The notes: generated by a model from the letters alone, not told the origin. A stretch of 64,000 nucleotides of DNA from Nemertoderma westbladi (GCA_032718475.1 JAUCBJ010001187.1:1-64000); one strand, 5' to 3'. Positions 14,160 to 26,173 are shown, counted from the stretch's first letter. Numbers and translations: made by a program.

Positions 14160-14350
14160 GGTCAATGCTTTCCCTGAAGCTTACTGGGTACTGTTGGCAG
14201 GCAGGATCAACCTTGTGCTGTAGCAGCCTGCTGATTAGAATAGGGTATATGACAGCCAATGACTTTCCCCAAACGTCTACTCAAGGACACAGGACTTGAA
14301 AATGTGGATGAACTGGGAGTGTATGGCTGAATATGAGATCTTGGGCACTA
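14160..14350 (+). mobile_element. RTE LINE fragment, paralog of 12130-12310
   Basis: GACAGCCAATGACTTTC..AAGGACACAGGACTTGAAAATGTGGATGAACT aligns with 12223-12290. Confidence 0.55.
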
Positions 14351-16384
14351 TGTTGTTGGGTCCGCCTGCACTGCACCTTAATGCAAGCTGATCAGCATTA
14401 TCGTTTCCATTTGCCCATGGGGAATTCTTATGCAGAACACATTGGAATTAACAAAAAGACTATGATTGAGGGCCTTCTCAGCTGTGTATCAATTTCTGAG
14501 CTCCCTCCAATGTCTTCAACAGAAGAATCAATGTTGCCAGCAAATCTGTAACTCTTTGCTTGGTTTAAGACTAGGTGTATGTAAGCAGTAGGATGTTCCT
14601 AGTTAGTTAGTTATTTTCTGCTTCGTTATAACTAACTAAGCAGTAGGCCGTTCCTACACATACCTAAATCGTAAGTACTAGAAATGTACACTACAAGTAA
14701 CTAAGAATATCATGGACATGAAAACGGCAGAAACTAGTGGCTAAAAAAAAGAATATTTAATTAAAATCGGTTAATGCTGAGCTTGGAATATCGGTTCAGA
14801 TTACATACGCCTTGGCGTGTTCATTGTCTGATGCTTCTGGCCACTGCACAAAAGGCAGACGCACGTAGGCGTAGCTCTCCAGCAGCTTCTGCTCAGACAA
14901 AACATGTGGTGTGATCCATTGGAGAGGAACTGGGCCGTTTGCTAAATTGAGATATTTAGCAAAATTGTATTAAACTTTTAATAGTCCTGATTAGTGTAAT
15001 ATAAGTGATCCAACATACGGCAACAAAGAAAAGGGGTAATTAAATAACGAACCATAGGGTTCCACTAAATCTGAGGAAATCACCATAGCCCAGCAGTATG
15101 GCGCAACATTATCCATGCGGATTGCGCATTCCACTACAAAGCACTGTAAGCCATCTAATCTCTCGGCGAAGAATGCAAACACCTACAACAGTAATAGTCA
15201 CTAAATAATTAACTTGAAGTAAACCTATTATCTCTATTTTGGGTTGGATATTTATAGACAGAATTTTAAGGATTTGATATGTCCAGATGGAATTGTTGTT
15301 ATTCTGCTCACTATAGGTTAGGTTCACAATCATACTGATTTAAAACAGATAGCAAATAGAAAATTACTTACTACATAATATTTACTACAAAGTTAATAAT
15401 ATGTATGCAATGAAAAACATAACCTTTACATAAAATCCCGTACATTTTTTTTCAACCAGTCTCATTAATCACTTGGTCCAGGTATTCAACCTATCATTAT
15501 ATAAAATATAAAAATTATTAATCTACTTGTAATAAACAAGATTAATCCCGACTAATTGACTTTGACCACAGTTTTTAGAATGTTATCAACTAATTGAGCA
15601 ACAAAGCTATTAGTAAACAACCAATTAGCAGCTGGTGACTCAAATCAACCTCTGTTAATGTGGAACATGTATTATAATGAAAAGTAAAGTGCACTAATTC
15701 CTTGGAAATTCCACCACTACAATAGTCATGATAGTTTAAATACGAGAGCATGCATTGCTTATCTCTCACAAACTACAGAATATCTACATAATAAACTACA
15801 GAATCTGTGAAACTTATAAAAACGAAAATGTTTTTGGCGTTGTCTTTCATTTATTCATTCATGTAAGAGGATGTCCTTGCATGTGGCCTCGCGTGCTTTA
15901 TGTAGGGTGTGATTCGGCATCCTCCTGTCCTCCTGCACCCTGTGCCTCCGTGTTGGACGACAATCATGACGCGATCGTTTGGGTTTCAGCGACAAAGCCG
16001 GATTATACACGGCATAGGCATAGACATAGGCACTGCCTATGTCTTTGCCGACAAAATATCTGGAATTTTCAAAACTGGCATTGCCTTCCCAAAAATTTGA
16101 AATTTTCAAGTGTCATGAGGCCCGCTTAGAATTTTTCGAAATCAAAAATTTTTTTTTGCAAAGTGAGTTTAAACCGATTTAGCATCAGAAAAATAGTGCT
16201 TCCCTTAAAAATAAAGAAATTTTTTTTTTCACTCCACCCTAATAGGCAGTCACTATTGATTGCCACACAATACTGTAATTAGCTGTACTTTGGAACTATA
16301 GATAAATATCGATAAGTTACTGAGCTTTCAGTAATTTCTCATTTCATTAAATAAATGTCGTGGAAACCCCAAAACGCCAGTTTT

Positions 16385-17166
16385 GGGTATCGATCTGGGA
16401 CTGTTTGTAGATTTAAATTGCGGTAGTCACCGCAGGGCCGCCATTGTCCTGGAATTTGCTTCGGGACCATATGTAACGGGGAAGCCCATGGGCTGGATGA
16501 TGTGCGGACTATACCGAGGTCTAACAAGTTGTCAAATTCGCGTTTCGCTACTTGTAGTTTACTCGGCGTTAATCGTCGCGGCTGGCAAAATGTGGGTGGA
16601 CCCGATGTCTTAATATGGTGTTTCACATCATGTTTGGGAGTGGTTTTTGAAGGATTAAACTCCTTGATAACATTGGGATATTTCTCTATGATTTCCTTGT
16701 AAGGTGTGGGTAAATCAACTGACACTTCGAAGAACATTGGTTTAAGTAGAAGTAAGTTGTCATTGGGTTTCCCAAAGGCCTTCAGTTTGGTGATATTGTC
16801 AATAATACAGTGGTGAGTGCAGTCAACTAAGAGTTGAGCGTGGCCTAGGAAATCTGCCCCCAAAATTGGTTGGCGAATATCAGCAACAATAAAAGTCCAC
16901 TTGTACCGCCGGCGCAGTTTACCAAATGAAATAGTTACAGTTCGTCTGCCGTATGTCTTGATAGTGGTTCCATTTGCAGCCCGTAATGCTGAGTTGACAT
17001 CCGGACATTTGCGTTCAGTTGAGTTTGGGGGAATCGCACTAATTTGGGCCCCACTATCAATAAGAAAACTACTAGTTTTTCCGTTCTGAGTTCCGGGTAT
17101 GCAGAATACGGAGGATATATTCCCCGCCGAACTCACCGGGTTGTTCGGCGGGCTTGCTAGTTTTCC
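16385..17166 (-). pseudogene. pol: Gypsy pol N-terminus (aspartic protease plus start of RT), 3'-truncated
   Basis: Contains the DSGA protease motif, ILGADFL and RT motif 1. It overlaps the gag end in the -1 frame and is truncated after DRYP. Confidence 0.88.
17123..17166 (-). promoter_or_regulatory. Programmed -1 ribosomal frameshift signal
   Basis: Slippery G GAA AAC (17166-17160), a 7-nt spacer, then a perfect 10-bp stem CCCGCCGAAC/GTTCGGCGGG with a 10-nt loop. Confidence 0.75.
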
Positions 17167-18098
17167 GACTGTCCATGGTTGTTGTCCTGATTTTGCCATT
17201 CACAAGGTTTAGTACACTTCTGCGCTCTAGCACGGTATCTCCAGTGGTAATAGCACAGCGATCCTTGAGGATTGTACCGACCAACAGAACGGGAACGGCT
17301 ACGCGTGCGCCGGGATGTTGAGTAGTCGTCCGAACGCGGATTGTCTCGGTAAGTTGGACGGCCACGGCGGATTTCGTTCACTTCCAAGTGCAATTCGTTA
17401 ACAGTTTTTATGAGATCCTGTAGAACAGAGGAGTTTTCCACAGCCGTTTGACCCGCAGCCGGAGGCAGACCAGAAATACCAGTACTAGTCGTTAGGTGGT
17501 TTACGTGGACTTCAGGTTGAGTCACTTCTATGACTTTATCAGCCATATCAGCTAGGGCGACTAAATCCGTGGTGGATGGACAGACAGCCAGAATAGTTTG
17601 GACACTGGAAGGCAACTTCTGGATAAACAGATTTCGCATTAGTTGGGGTTCGACTGTAGCTGTCCCCAGTAATTGTTGCATGTGCCGTAGCACTTGAGAG
17701 GGCTTCCTATCTCCGAGTTCCTCGGTTGACAATAACTGCTTAAGGCGCGCTGTCTCGGAAGCAGCTAATCGATGAACCATAGCAGTCCGTAGATGAGAAA
17801 ATGGTTCTGTAGGATGCGGTTGCAAAATTAAATCGCGAACCTCGGCTGCTGACTCGGGATTCAAGGAAGAAATAACATGATAGAACTTCGTGTTCTCCGT
17901 AGTAATTCCGTTAGTCGCGAATTGGGCCTCAGCCTGGCTAAACCAAAGCTCTGGGTCTGCCGGCCAGAAAGGAGGAAGTTTAATCGCAACACGAGCTAAT
18001 GCCATTGGGTTGGTGAGAACTGTTGGATCCGAACTGCTGCCCGCCGTCACTGTTGTAGCTTTATTTATTGTTGTAGTTGGTGGTGTAGTGGTCGTCAT
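17157..18098 (-). CDS. gag: Gypsy Gag (313 aa)
   Basis: Intact ORF with KLPPFWPADPELWFSQAEAQF..TKFYHV, LGDRKPSQ and a C-terminal CYYHWRY..CTKPC knuckle typical of this invertebrate Gypsy gag type. Confidence 0.88.
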   Translation of the reverse strand: MTTTTPPTTTINKATTVTAGSSSDPTVLTNPMALARVAIKLPPFWPADPELWFSQAEAQFATNGITTENTKFYHVISSLNPESAAEVRDLILQPHPTEPFSHLRTAMVHRLAASETARLKQLLSTEELGDRKPSQVLRHMQQLLGTATVEPQLMRNLFIQKLPSSVQTILAVCPSTTDLVALADMADKVIEVTQPEVHVNHLTTSTGISGLPPAAGQTAVENSSVLQDLIKTVNELHLEVNEIRRGRPTYRDNPRSDDYSTSRRTRSRSRSVGRYNPQGSLCYYHWRYRARAQKCTKPCEWQNQDNNHGQSEN

Positions 18099-18259
18099 TA
18101 TAATATTTTGTTAACTTAAAGCAATGCAAATTACAGATTTATTATAACAGTTTTTATTAAATCAAATTAAATTAAATCATAATCAATTTATCAAATTACA
18201 AATTTATTTATATATAAAGATTTATTATAACAGGGCAGTACAGCAGAATTGTACTCGGT

Positions 18260-18273
18260 CGTCCGGGTCACCA
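18260..18273 (-). promoter_or_regulatory. Primer-binding site, tRNA-Trp type
   Basis: TGGTGACCCGGACG differs by one base from TGGTGACCCCGACG, the complement of the tRNA-Trp 3' end, and lies upstream of gag. Confidence 0.75.
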
Positions 18274-18379
18274 GTTTTGGGTATAAGAGAAAAAGAATAA
18301 TCAAAATCAATTTATGTAGATATATATAATTATTATTTTTAAATTTCCCTCCATATCAATATCATATTTTCATATCACT

Positions 18380-19916
18380 ATAGATCTTAGTGCGGCGTTC
18401 GACACTGTCGAACACAGCAAACTGCTCGATATTCTGGAACGTGAAATAGGGATTGATGGTTTGGCTCTAGAATGGTTCCGCTCATACCTATCGGAACGTT
18501 CGCAGCAGGTGCGCATTGGGGAATCGTATTCGAATAGTTTTGCACTCAAATACGGACTACCGCAGGGCTCTGTCCTTGGGCCACTACTATTCCGAATATA
18601 CACCCGGTCTCTATCGTCTTGGAAAATTGCCTTAGAGACATACAACAGTGGATGCGTGAGTATTTCCTAAAGCTAAATACCGATAAAACAGAAATTATTC
18701 TACTCCAATCAAGGTTCGGTCCGCAAGTTGATGCACCTGTTATTACAGTTGGTAACGATACTGTGGGATGCAGCACATCTGCACGAAACATTGGCCTTAT
18801 AATAGACTCTCATTTAACACTCGTGAAACAAGTGGGGATGATTGTTAGAGAATCATTTTTCCACCTTCGGCGCCTATCAAAGATAAAACGTTACATGAGT
18901 AAAGAATGTCTACAGATTTTAATAAACACGTTTATTTTAAGCAAAATTGACAATAACAACTCACTGTATTATGGACTACCAGGTACGGTGTTGTAGAGAC
19001 TACAATATGTACAAAACTCGGCCGCTAGATTAGTTGCAGGGGTTAAGAAACGAGACCACATAAAGCCAACCTTACGTGCACTTCACTGGTTACCTGTATG
19101 TCGCCGAATAGAATACAAAATTGCGTTGATAACGTATAAATGTCTACACGGTATGGCGCCTGATTATTTGACGAAACGGCTGACCCCATACGCTCCTACT
19201 AGAAACTTATGGTCCAGTGAGCTAGAGTTGCTCCAACCCCCGCGCTATAGACTTACCCACTATGGCAAGAGGACATTATCCGTCGCTGCTCCCACCATAT
19301 GGAACTCACTGCCTGTGGAACTCCGACAAACCGTTACAATCGGAGCATTTAAGAAAAAGTTAAAAACGCATTATTTTAAATTGGAATATAACAATGATTA
19401 ATTTTTTATACGCAATGCATTTTTTTTAAACTCAATGTTCAATTTACTTTCAGTTTTATCACATATGTCGAACTTGTTTTAGATAACTCCGCAAGCGTTA
19501 TTTTTCAATCACCCTTCGCATTCATTAGTTTCAACTCGGCCAGCCCTTATGTTTGTTCTTAACCCAGATCTTGTCCGTTTTTTAATTAACGCATATTTTT
19601 TAATTCATTGATTGCTTTAAGTTGAAGCGCCTAGAATATATAGCCCATAGAATTACAGGATGTCTGTACACGTTTGATCTAGCACTAATTTATCACGGCT
19701 TGAATAGCATCGCCAATAACATTTTAACTTCAATTGATCGTTTTTAATCATGTTCTTAAGTTACAACCCATGTTTTTAGCTAACTGTTTAAGGTAATTTA
19801 GTATTTAGTAAATTTGGTCTATATATTGTGGTTGTATTGTGCAGTTCTGTTGTACCAAGCGCCTTGATCTACTGCACTTTTGTAAAGGCGCTATATAAAT
19901 CATTATTATTATTATT
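18380..19916 (+). mobile_element. L2-clade LINE, 5'-truncated and frameshifted
   Basis: Motifs DLSAAFDTV, GLPQGSVLGPLLF, LKLNTDKTE, LQYVQNSAARLV..LHWLP and FKKKLKTHYF. The 3' end has AAGCGCC..AGGCGCTATATAAAT and an (ATT)n tail. The YADD region appears deleted. Confidence 0.9.
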
Positions 19917-21185
19917 TTAACAAACATTTATACAGTATTATCGACGATTTAATTACTCCATGGCCAGTGTATTTACATTCTATTAATAATACACTTTTTA
20001 TTGCTTTCAGACACTTGTTATCATAATAAGTATACTGTAAGCACTTTGCATTGCATTTGTATAAATTTGAATTTTTCATTGAAAAATAAATTTGTATTTT
20101 TCATTAAGGGTATATTTTATGCGCCCATTTTGTATAAGTAACCATACAGCTCTTTGCAGTTTTAATTGAACTGGTTATGTTTAACTTCTAGGATAAAAAT
20201 TCACAATCCAATCTTGTTTCGGTGACTGGATAATTTCTGCCACCGATACGATGAGGTACTCTTATACAATTACACTTTTTTATTAAATTCACGAATCACT
20301 TTTAAGAGTGTAAATTAGGCACAATTACTTACTTTCCATTTAGGATTCCAATTAAACAATTAACTAATTCAGTCAGGCTAAAAACGTACTTTAGGTTCGG
20401 CTGTTAGGCAAGTGTATAGTAGCTAAAAAAGGAGGTGATAATTTCAAAAATATACCGAAAAATTAAGAAGGTCACGGAAGTAAAAATGTGATGCTCCATA
20501 GTTTGAGAATTTAAAAATTAAGAATATATTATAATATACAGTATAGAGCAGTAGAGTAAATAGTTCCGTATCGTCATAGTATAAAATCATATATGTTTAA
20601 AAACTTTCAGTTTCGGATATATTATAGTATCAATACTGACAAAGTATGATTTGTTTCTCCAGTATTACCCTGAGAGACATTGTCTTGTTTCCACAGGGGT
20701 TCTGTAGATCGGGAAAAGTATAAAACAATTTACTTTTAAATAGAAAATTATAAAAATGGGTCTTCAGTCCTAATGATTTAGTGTTGAGGAAATAAGTTAT
20801 AAGACAGATTTGAGTTAATGTGGAAGGTCAAATGATATAAAATACAGATATTGTAAAAATTAGAAGTTACTTATATGAAGACGATTCATTGGTGGATAAA
20901 AGTTCTAAAAAGTGGTCCTTTAATTATTTGCTTAAAACTTTTCACACTCTTTCGCATTGATACTACTGTATATTAATACTATTATTGGTATGGTACATCG
21001 ATTAATACTCCAATAATGCAATGTAATACCCTGATATGGCGGGTTGAGTGCTTGTATACCGGTCCGGCAATCCACCGAGTTTACAATAATTGTGAATAAC
21101 ATTTTATCAATCTTCCCCTTTATGAATTTAATTAATTTTAGTGTCAAAAGACGCGCAGGACTCTCCGCTTTCAATTGATATAAGC

Positions 21186-21372
21186 CACGTGTGAAATGAT
21201 TGAGATTTAATGTGTATTTGAATTAATCGAAAATCTCTCTCCATAGAAACCAAGATAAAAAATTATCAGATCACTTCGTAGTGACGTCAAATGTGTAGCA
21301 GCCAATCACAGCCGATTTTCAAAATTGACTTCCGGGTTTACTTAAACCCGCCATTTCGACCGTTTCCACGTG
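21186..21372. promoter_or_regulatory. Cluster of housekeeping-type promoter motifs
   Basis: CACGTG (21186, 21367), TGACGTCA (21282), CCAAT in an AGCCAATCA context (21302), ACTTCCGG (21328) and CCGCCATTT (21348). Confidence 0.35.
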
Positions 21373-22024
21373 TTTTTACAAAAAACACACCCCACTTCTC
21401 GATTAGGGTACCTTGTTACACCTTATTCGATTGTTTCTAGCCCAACAATTTTTTCGCGCACCTACCATACTACATCAAATTACCCATAAAAATCAAAATT
21501 GTTTACAAAAGGGCCTAAGTCAATATAACTAACTAAAGTTTATAATCACTGTTTCGTAGCTTAAGTGTCATAAGGCCCTAAGTCGATTTTTGTCGGATTT
21601 TACCTTTTTTATATAATTCCACACTTTAAGAGTCATGCCCTATCAGCTTGTGAAGTTTTGAACGCTTGTGGGATGGAAAGTGATGATTATTGCGTGGTAA
21701 AGTGAACCCCTATATCCCAGCGGACAATATTTACTGCAGAAAGGCCCTATGTAAAGTTTTAAATTAACCAATGGGAAGTGATGATTACTACCTAATGAGG
21801 TGCCTATAGGGCAATATTTTACTTGACTTTTCCCTGATTTGTGTATTTTAATTCCATTAATAAAAAGTACAATACTTGAACTAGTAGCACGATTTGTACA
21901 TGTATTTCTAATACTTCAGTTTTAAAACATTAATTCAAAACTCAATAAAAAAATTCAAAACATTAATTAAAACATTAATTCACGAATTCATTTCCAGTTA
22001 TACTCCAATATTGCAAATATCATT

Positions 22025-22291
22025 TCTAGGCCGTTCCCCGTTAGGCCAGGGATTACGCACAAAGTCTGACGACTTATTTCCAGTGCGGTCCCCCCGAACT
22101 TTACTCCCCAGAGGAAACTCCAGTACTCATTTAGCTACCATTTAAGGATGCCAGGCAAAGATGCGCCCTTGCTAGTTTCTTTAAAGCATTCGTGCCGAAA
22201 CGAAAACTATCCTGGCCCATGTGGGGATCGAACCCACGACCTCCGGTGAGATGTGGATTCATTGCGACAACTACAACACCATGGTGGAACC
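22025..22291 (-). mobile_element. tRNA-derived SINE with a LINE-like 3' tail
   Basis: B-box GGTTCGATCCC, a degenerate A-box, a central AAATGAGTAC core reminiscent of Deu/Nin-domain SINEs, and a tail stem-loop shared with the LINE at 48032-48073. Confidence 0.7.
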
Positions 22292-22601
22292 TGGGGGTCG
22301 ACCCAAATAAATATAAAGCAGTAAAAAATACAATATAACATTCCATCTTTAACTTTACTTACCCGAAGAAAGGTTTCCCAATGTGTTCAGCGTAAAACAC
22401 ATCGGTTTCTTTCTTCCCTAGCCGACACATTATCGCGTTGGTTATCTGCAAGTCCTCTCGATGTATCCTCTCCATAATATCTCCCATTGCCGACAAACAA
22501 CCGGGTTTTATTAACGCGAACGTCCTACAAAGAAATCATACGTGATTAACCTGGTTCCTCGTCCCACTACCTGGTTGTATTCAACCCCAATGGCCACCCC
22601 T

Positions 22602-23463
22602 ATTAACATGGCAATCCAAGCCACCAACATGGTAACACCCACTAACGACCAGGCCCTCCTCCATTAACATGGCAATCCAAGCCACCAACATGGTAACACC
22701 CACTAACGACCAGGCCCTCCTCCATTAACATGGCAATCCAAGCCACCAACATGGTAACACCCACTAACGACCAGGCCCTCCTCCATTAACATGGCAATCC
22801 AAGCCACCAACATGGTAACACCCACTAACGACCAGGACCTCCTCCATTAACATGGCAATCCAAGCCACCAACATGGTAACACCCACTAACGACCAGGCCC
22901 TCCTCCATTAACATGGCAATCCAAGCCACCAACATGGTAACACCCACTAACGGCCAGACCCTCCTCCATTAACATGGCAATCCAAGCCACCAACATGGTA
23001 ACACCCACTAACGACCAGGCCCTCATCCATTAACATGGCAATCCAAGCCACCAACATGGTAACACCCACTAACGACCAGTCCCTCCTCCATTAACATGGC
23101 AATCCAAGCCACCAACATGGTAACACCCACTAACGACCAGGCCCTCCTCCATTAACATGGCAATCCAAGCCACCAACATGGTAACACCCACTAACGGCCA
23201 GACCCTCCTCCATTAACATGGCAATCCAAGCCACCAACATGGTAACACCCACTAACGACCAGGCCCTCCTCCATTAACATGGCAATCCAAGCCACCAACA
23301 TGGTAACACCCACTAACGACCAGGCCCTCCTCCATTAACATGGCAATCCAAGCCACCAACATGGTAACACCCACTAACGACCAGGCCCTCCTCCATTAAC
23401 ATGGCAATCCAAGCCACCAACATGGTTACACCCACTAACGACCAGTCCCTCCTCCATTAACAT
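22602..23463 (+). repeat. 61-bp minisatellite, about 14 copies
   Basis: Unit ATTAACATGGCAATCCAAGCCACCAACATGGTAACACCCACTAACGACCAGGCCCTCCTCC, with few variants. Confidence 0.97.
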
Positions 23464-23610
23464 AGCCAGCCGGACATTTGGAACCAGAAGACAATTCTGA
23501 CCGATACCAAAAATATGATTTTCTTTGTAAAACTTTTTGAAAATTTGAACAAAATATATACAGTTATAGCTATTGTTTATAAAAAATTTCGTTGTTCCGT
23601 GTTCCGTATA

Positions 23611-24268
23611 CCACTACATTTTTATACATAAATCATTGTTACCATGGCAACATTGTTGAGTTATATATAGAACAAAATATAAATATTTTACACTATTCTA
23701 GAACATAAATAAGATAAAAAATATAATGTTCTAGAACATGTAGCTAGTTATTTTTCAAATTTAAAATTGCTAGAAATTAAAAAAATTATACAAAAAATTT
23801 TTGGTGTACGAAATACAAAAAAAAATCAAATATACGACACCAGAGCTTTGTGTGAGGAATTAATTCACTATGAAGAGAAACAAGAGATAATCTCCGAAAA
23901 ACTGACAGAATACATGTGGAGAGAACAGATCAGAAAAGGAAAATTAAACGGATTCCATGAGGTATTAAAGGCCAACCAAAGTCAATACCCAATGGGTAAA
24001 TAAAATAATTAGTTACATCGGGATACAAAAACTCTATAATCAATATTAATTTAAATGTATTCAGAAATTTATTTCAAAATAACATTTTTTAAATTTACTA
24101 GCTATTTTAAAATTAAAAAAAAAACAGTTATATGTTCTAGAACATTATATTTTATATTTTATTAATGTTCTAGAATTAATATTATATAATACTCTTATAT
24201 TATATTGTTCTAGAACTCTTCAACGTTGCCGTAATAAGAATGCATTATATATTTTAAAAATGTAGTGC
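23611..24268. mobile_element. Degenerate inverted-repeat element carrying a Merlin/ISXO2-like transposase C-terminal remnant
   Basis: Imperfect inverted repeats at 23611-23765 and 24115-24268. The centre encodes EKLTEYMWREQIRKGKLNGFHEVLKANQSQYP*. Confidence 0.45.
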
Positions 24269-25319
24269 TGCTAGCTATACAGAACTCTAACCAAAAAAAA
24301 TTAAGGAACGTATATTTTTTTAATCTAGAACTTTACAACTAAAGTTAAAATATCATACAACTTATAACCCATAATACAACAACCATTTTTAGGGGGTCGG
24401 AGCCCCCCCCCCCTAATTTGTTTCAAATTTCAATAAAATGCTACAAAATTTGGTATGATGATAGATCGATACCTTTTCTTACTGGTGGCCTGGCCGGATT
24501 TTTTAATTTATGAGCTATTTCGATACAACAAGCCGTTAAAAATCGTCTATTTCGCAATATTTAGCCACCACCGTCGGCTTTATTTTTCGTCTTTTGAATG
24601 AAATCTAGATATCATTAGAACCGCCTTCATCTGCAGATTCCGAATATGAAACCAGTTGTAAATTTCACCAAGAACTTCCGGAGATATTATTAAAATACTA
24701 AGGTGTAAATTTTTGTGACGTAAATCGATATAATTCTGATGTTTTGTTGTCTTTATTCTAGAATATTACTTATTATTTAGCTGAGCGTTTAAAACTCTCG
24801 ATCTAGTTTTTTCATTACCCATAATTAATATTCTAGAATTGACCTATTCTACAATATTCTAGAATAGAACTGACTGGCATCAGGCGTCCAGCAGCTGCCC
24901 AGCTCATCAGTAATGGGTCGCACCACAAGTTCTGCCGGGACAAAAAGTGTTGGAAGGCGACACCCGCATGCATCTGTCTTTTCTGTGGGGATGCGGCTAC
25001 AGAGTTGGACCACGCGGTCCACTGCACAGGTCATCCCTCTCTTCCAAACATCCTTAAAAAGGCGCTGGCCCTTTACATCTCGAAACGTCCTGGCTAATTC
25101 ATCATTTTTAACATGTTTTAATAGTCTGAATTAATATTTATTTATCTATTTATTCTTAGTTTTACTGTAAATTATGTACGTTTTATTGCTCCAAAATGGT
25201 TTGGATTAAAGAAACAATATTCAATATTCTAGAATTGAGTAAAAAAAACATTAGAATTATAGCGATTTACGTCACATAAATTTACACCTTAGTATTTTGA
25301 TAATAGCTCCGGAAGTTCT

Positions 25320-26173
25320 GGGTTTGTCTTTTTGCCGTATGTGTACGTATTTGAAATAGTTACGGTAGCCTACCGTAGGCTACCGTATGTGGGACGTATT
25401 TGCCCGTTATTCAGGAAGCAGTAGTCAGTGCACTGCAGAACTACTGCACTATGGCTAAATCTCACGGTACTGTATCTGGCCTATTTATCCATGTTTATAG
25501 ACCTGTACGTACAGTATAGGTAAATTATACAGCGAGCCGGCTGTACTGTGCTAAGATTATACAGCTCGCGTTTTGTGGGGTGAGCCACGACGTCGACTAT
25601 TGCCAGAGCCTTAGTGAACTGACAATGTTAGGGGTGGGACAATAATGGCAAATAGTTGTTGACGCCGCCACGTTAGTGTTAGAAACTAAATCGTCCTTTA
25701 TCGTCTGCTCGTTGATTACACTGGAGGGGCAATTCAACTTTCAGCCATCAACGAACAGTATAATATGTAATTATTATGATTATTTCATAATAATTATTAT
25801 CATTATATTTTATAATAATTATTATCGTCATTTCATAATAATTATTATCATTATTTTATAATAATTATTATCATTATTTCATAATAATTATTATCATTAT
25901 TTCATAATATTGATAAATAATAAAGAATATCCTTGAAAAAAAAATAAAACTCGCAGAGAATTTCCAAACCCCTGGTACCGGGAGCATAGAACACGTAGTA
26001 TAAAAACACTTAAAACAGGCCAGGTTGCCAGGTACAGTAGGCCTGCCGTTAGCGGTAAGCAGTGCACTGATTCTGCTTCCTGAATACGGGCAAATACGTC
26101 CCACATACGGTAGCCTACGGTAGGCTACGGGAACTCTTTTAAATACGTACACATACGGCAAAAAGACAAACCC
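25320..26173. mobile_element. Mutator (MULE)-type MITE
   Basis: ~115-bp TIRs starting GGGTTTGTCTTTTTGCCGTATG, with an exact 9-bp TSD GGAAGTTCT (25311-25319 and 26174-26182). Confidence 0.88.
25765..25910 (+). repeat. AT-rich ~23-bp tandem repeat inside the MULE MITE
   Basis: ATTATTATCATTATTT(C/T)ATAATA repeated about 6 times. Confidence 0.8.

Larger units (their letters stand above)
16385..18273 (-). mobile_element. Ty3/Gypsy internal fragment (PBS, gag, protease, RT N-terminus); no LTRs recognised
   Basis: A tRNA-Trp-type PBS TGGTGACCCGGACG is followed by a gag ORF and a -1-frame pol with FLIDSGAQIS (protease) and SSPWASPLHMVPK..WRPCGDYRNLN..DRYP (RT start). Homology then stops. Confidence 0.93.

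Noticed and set aside
15755-16129. Overlapping ORFs in a GC-richer patch
   Set aside because: No recognisable protein motif or splice-consistent structure was found.
22602-23463. CRISPR-like array
   Set aside because: It is a pure tandem 61-mer without spacers, in a eukaryotic context.
24874-24915. Hammerhead ribozyme (CTGATGAG on the minus strand)
   Set aside because: There is no correctly placed GAAA after a stem II and no closing stems.
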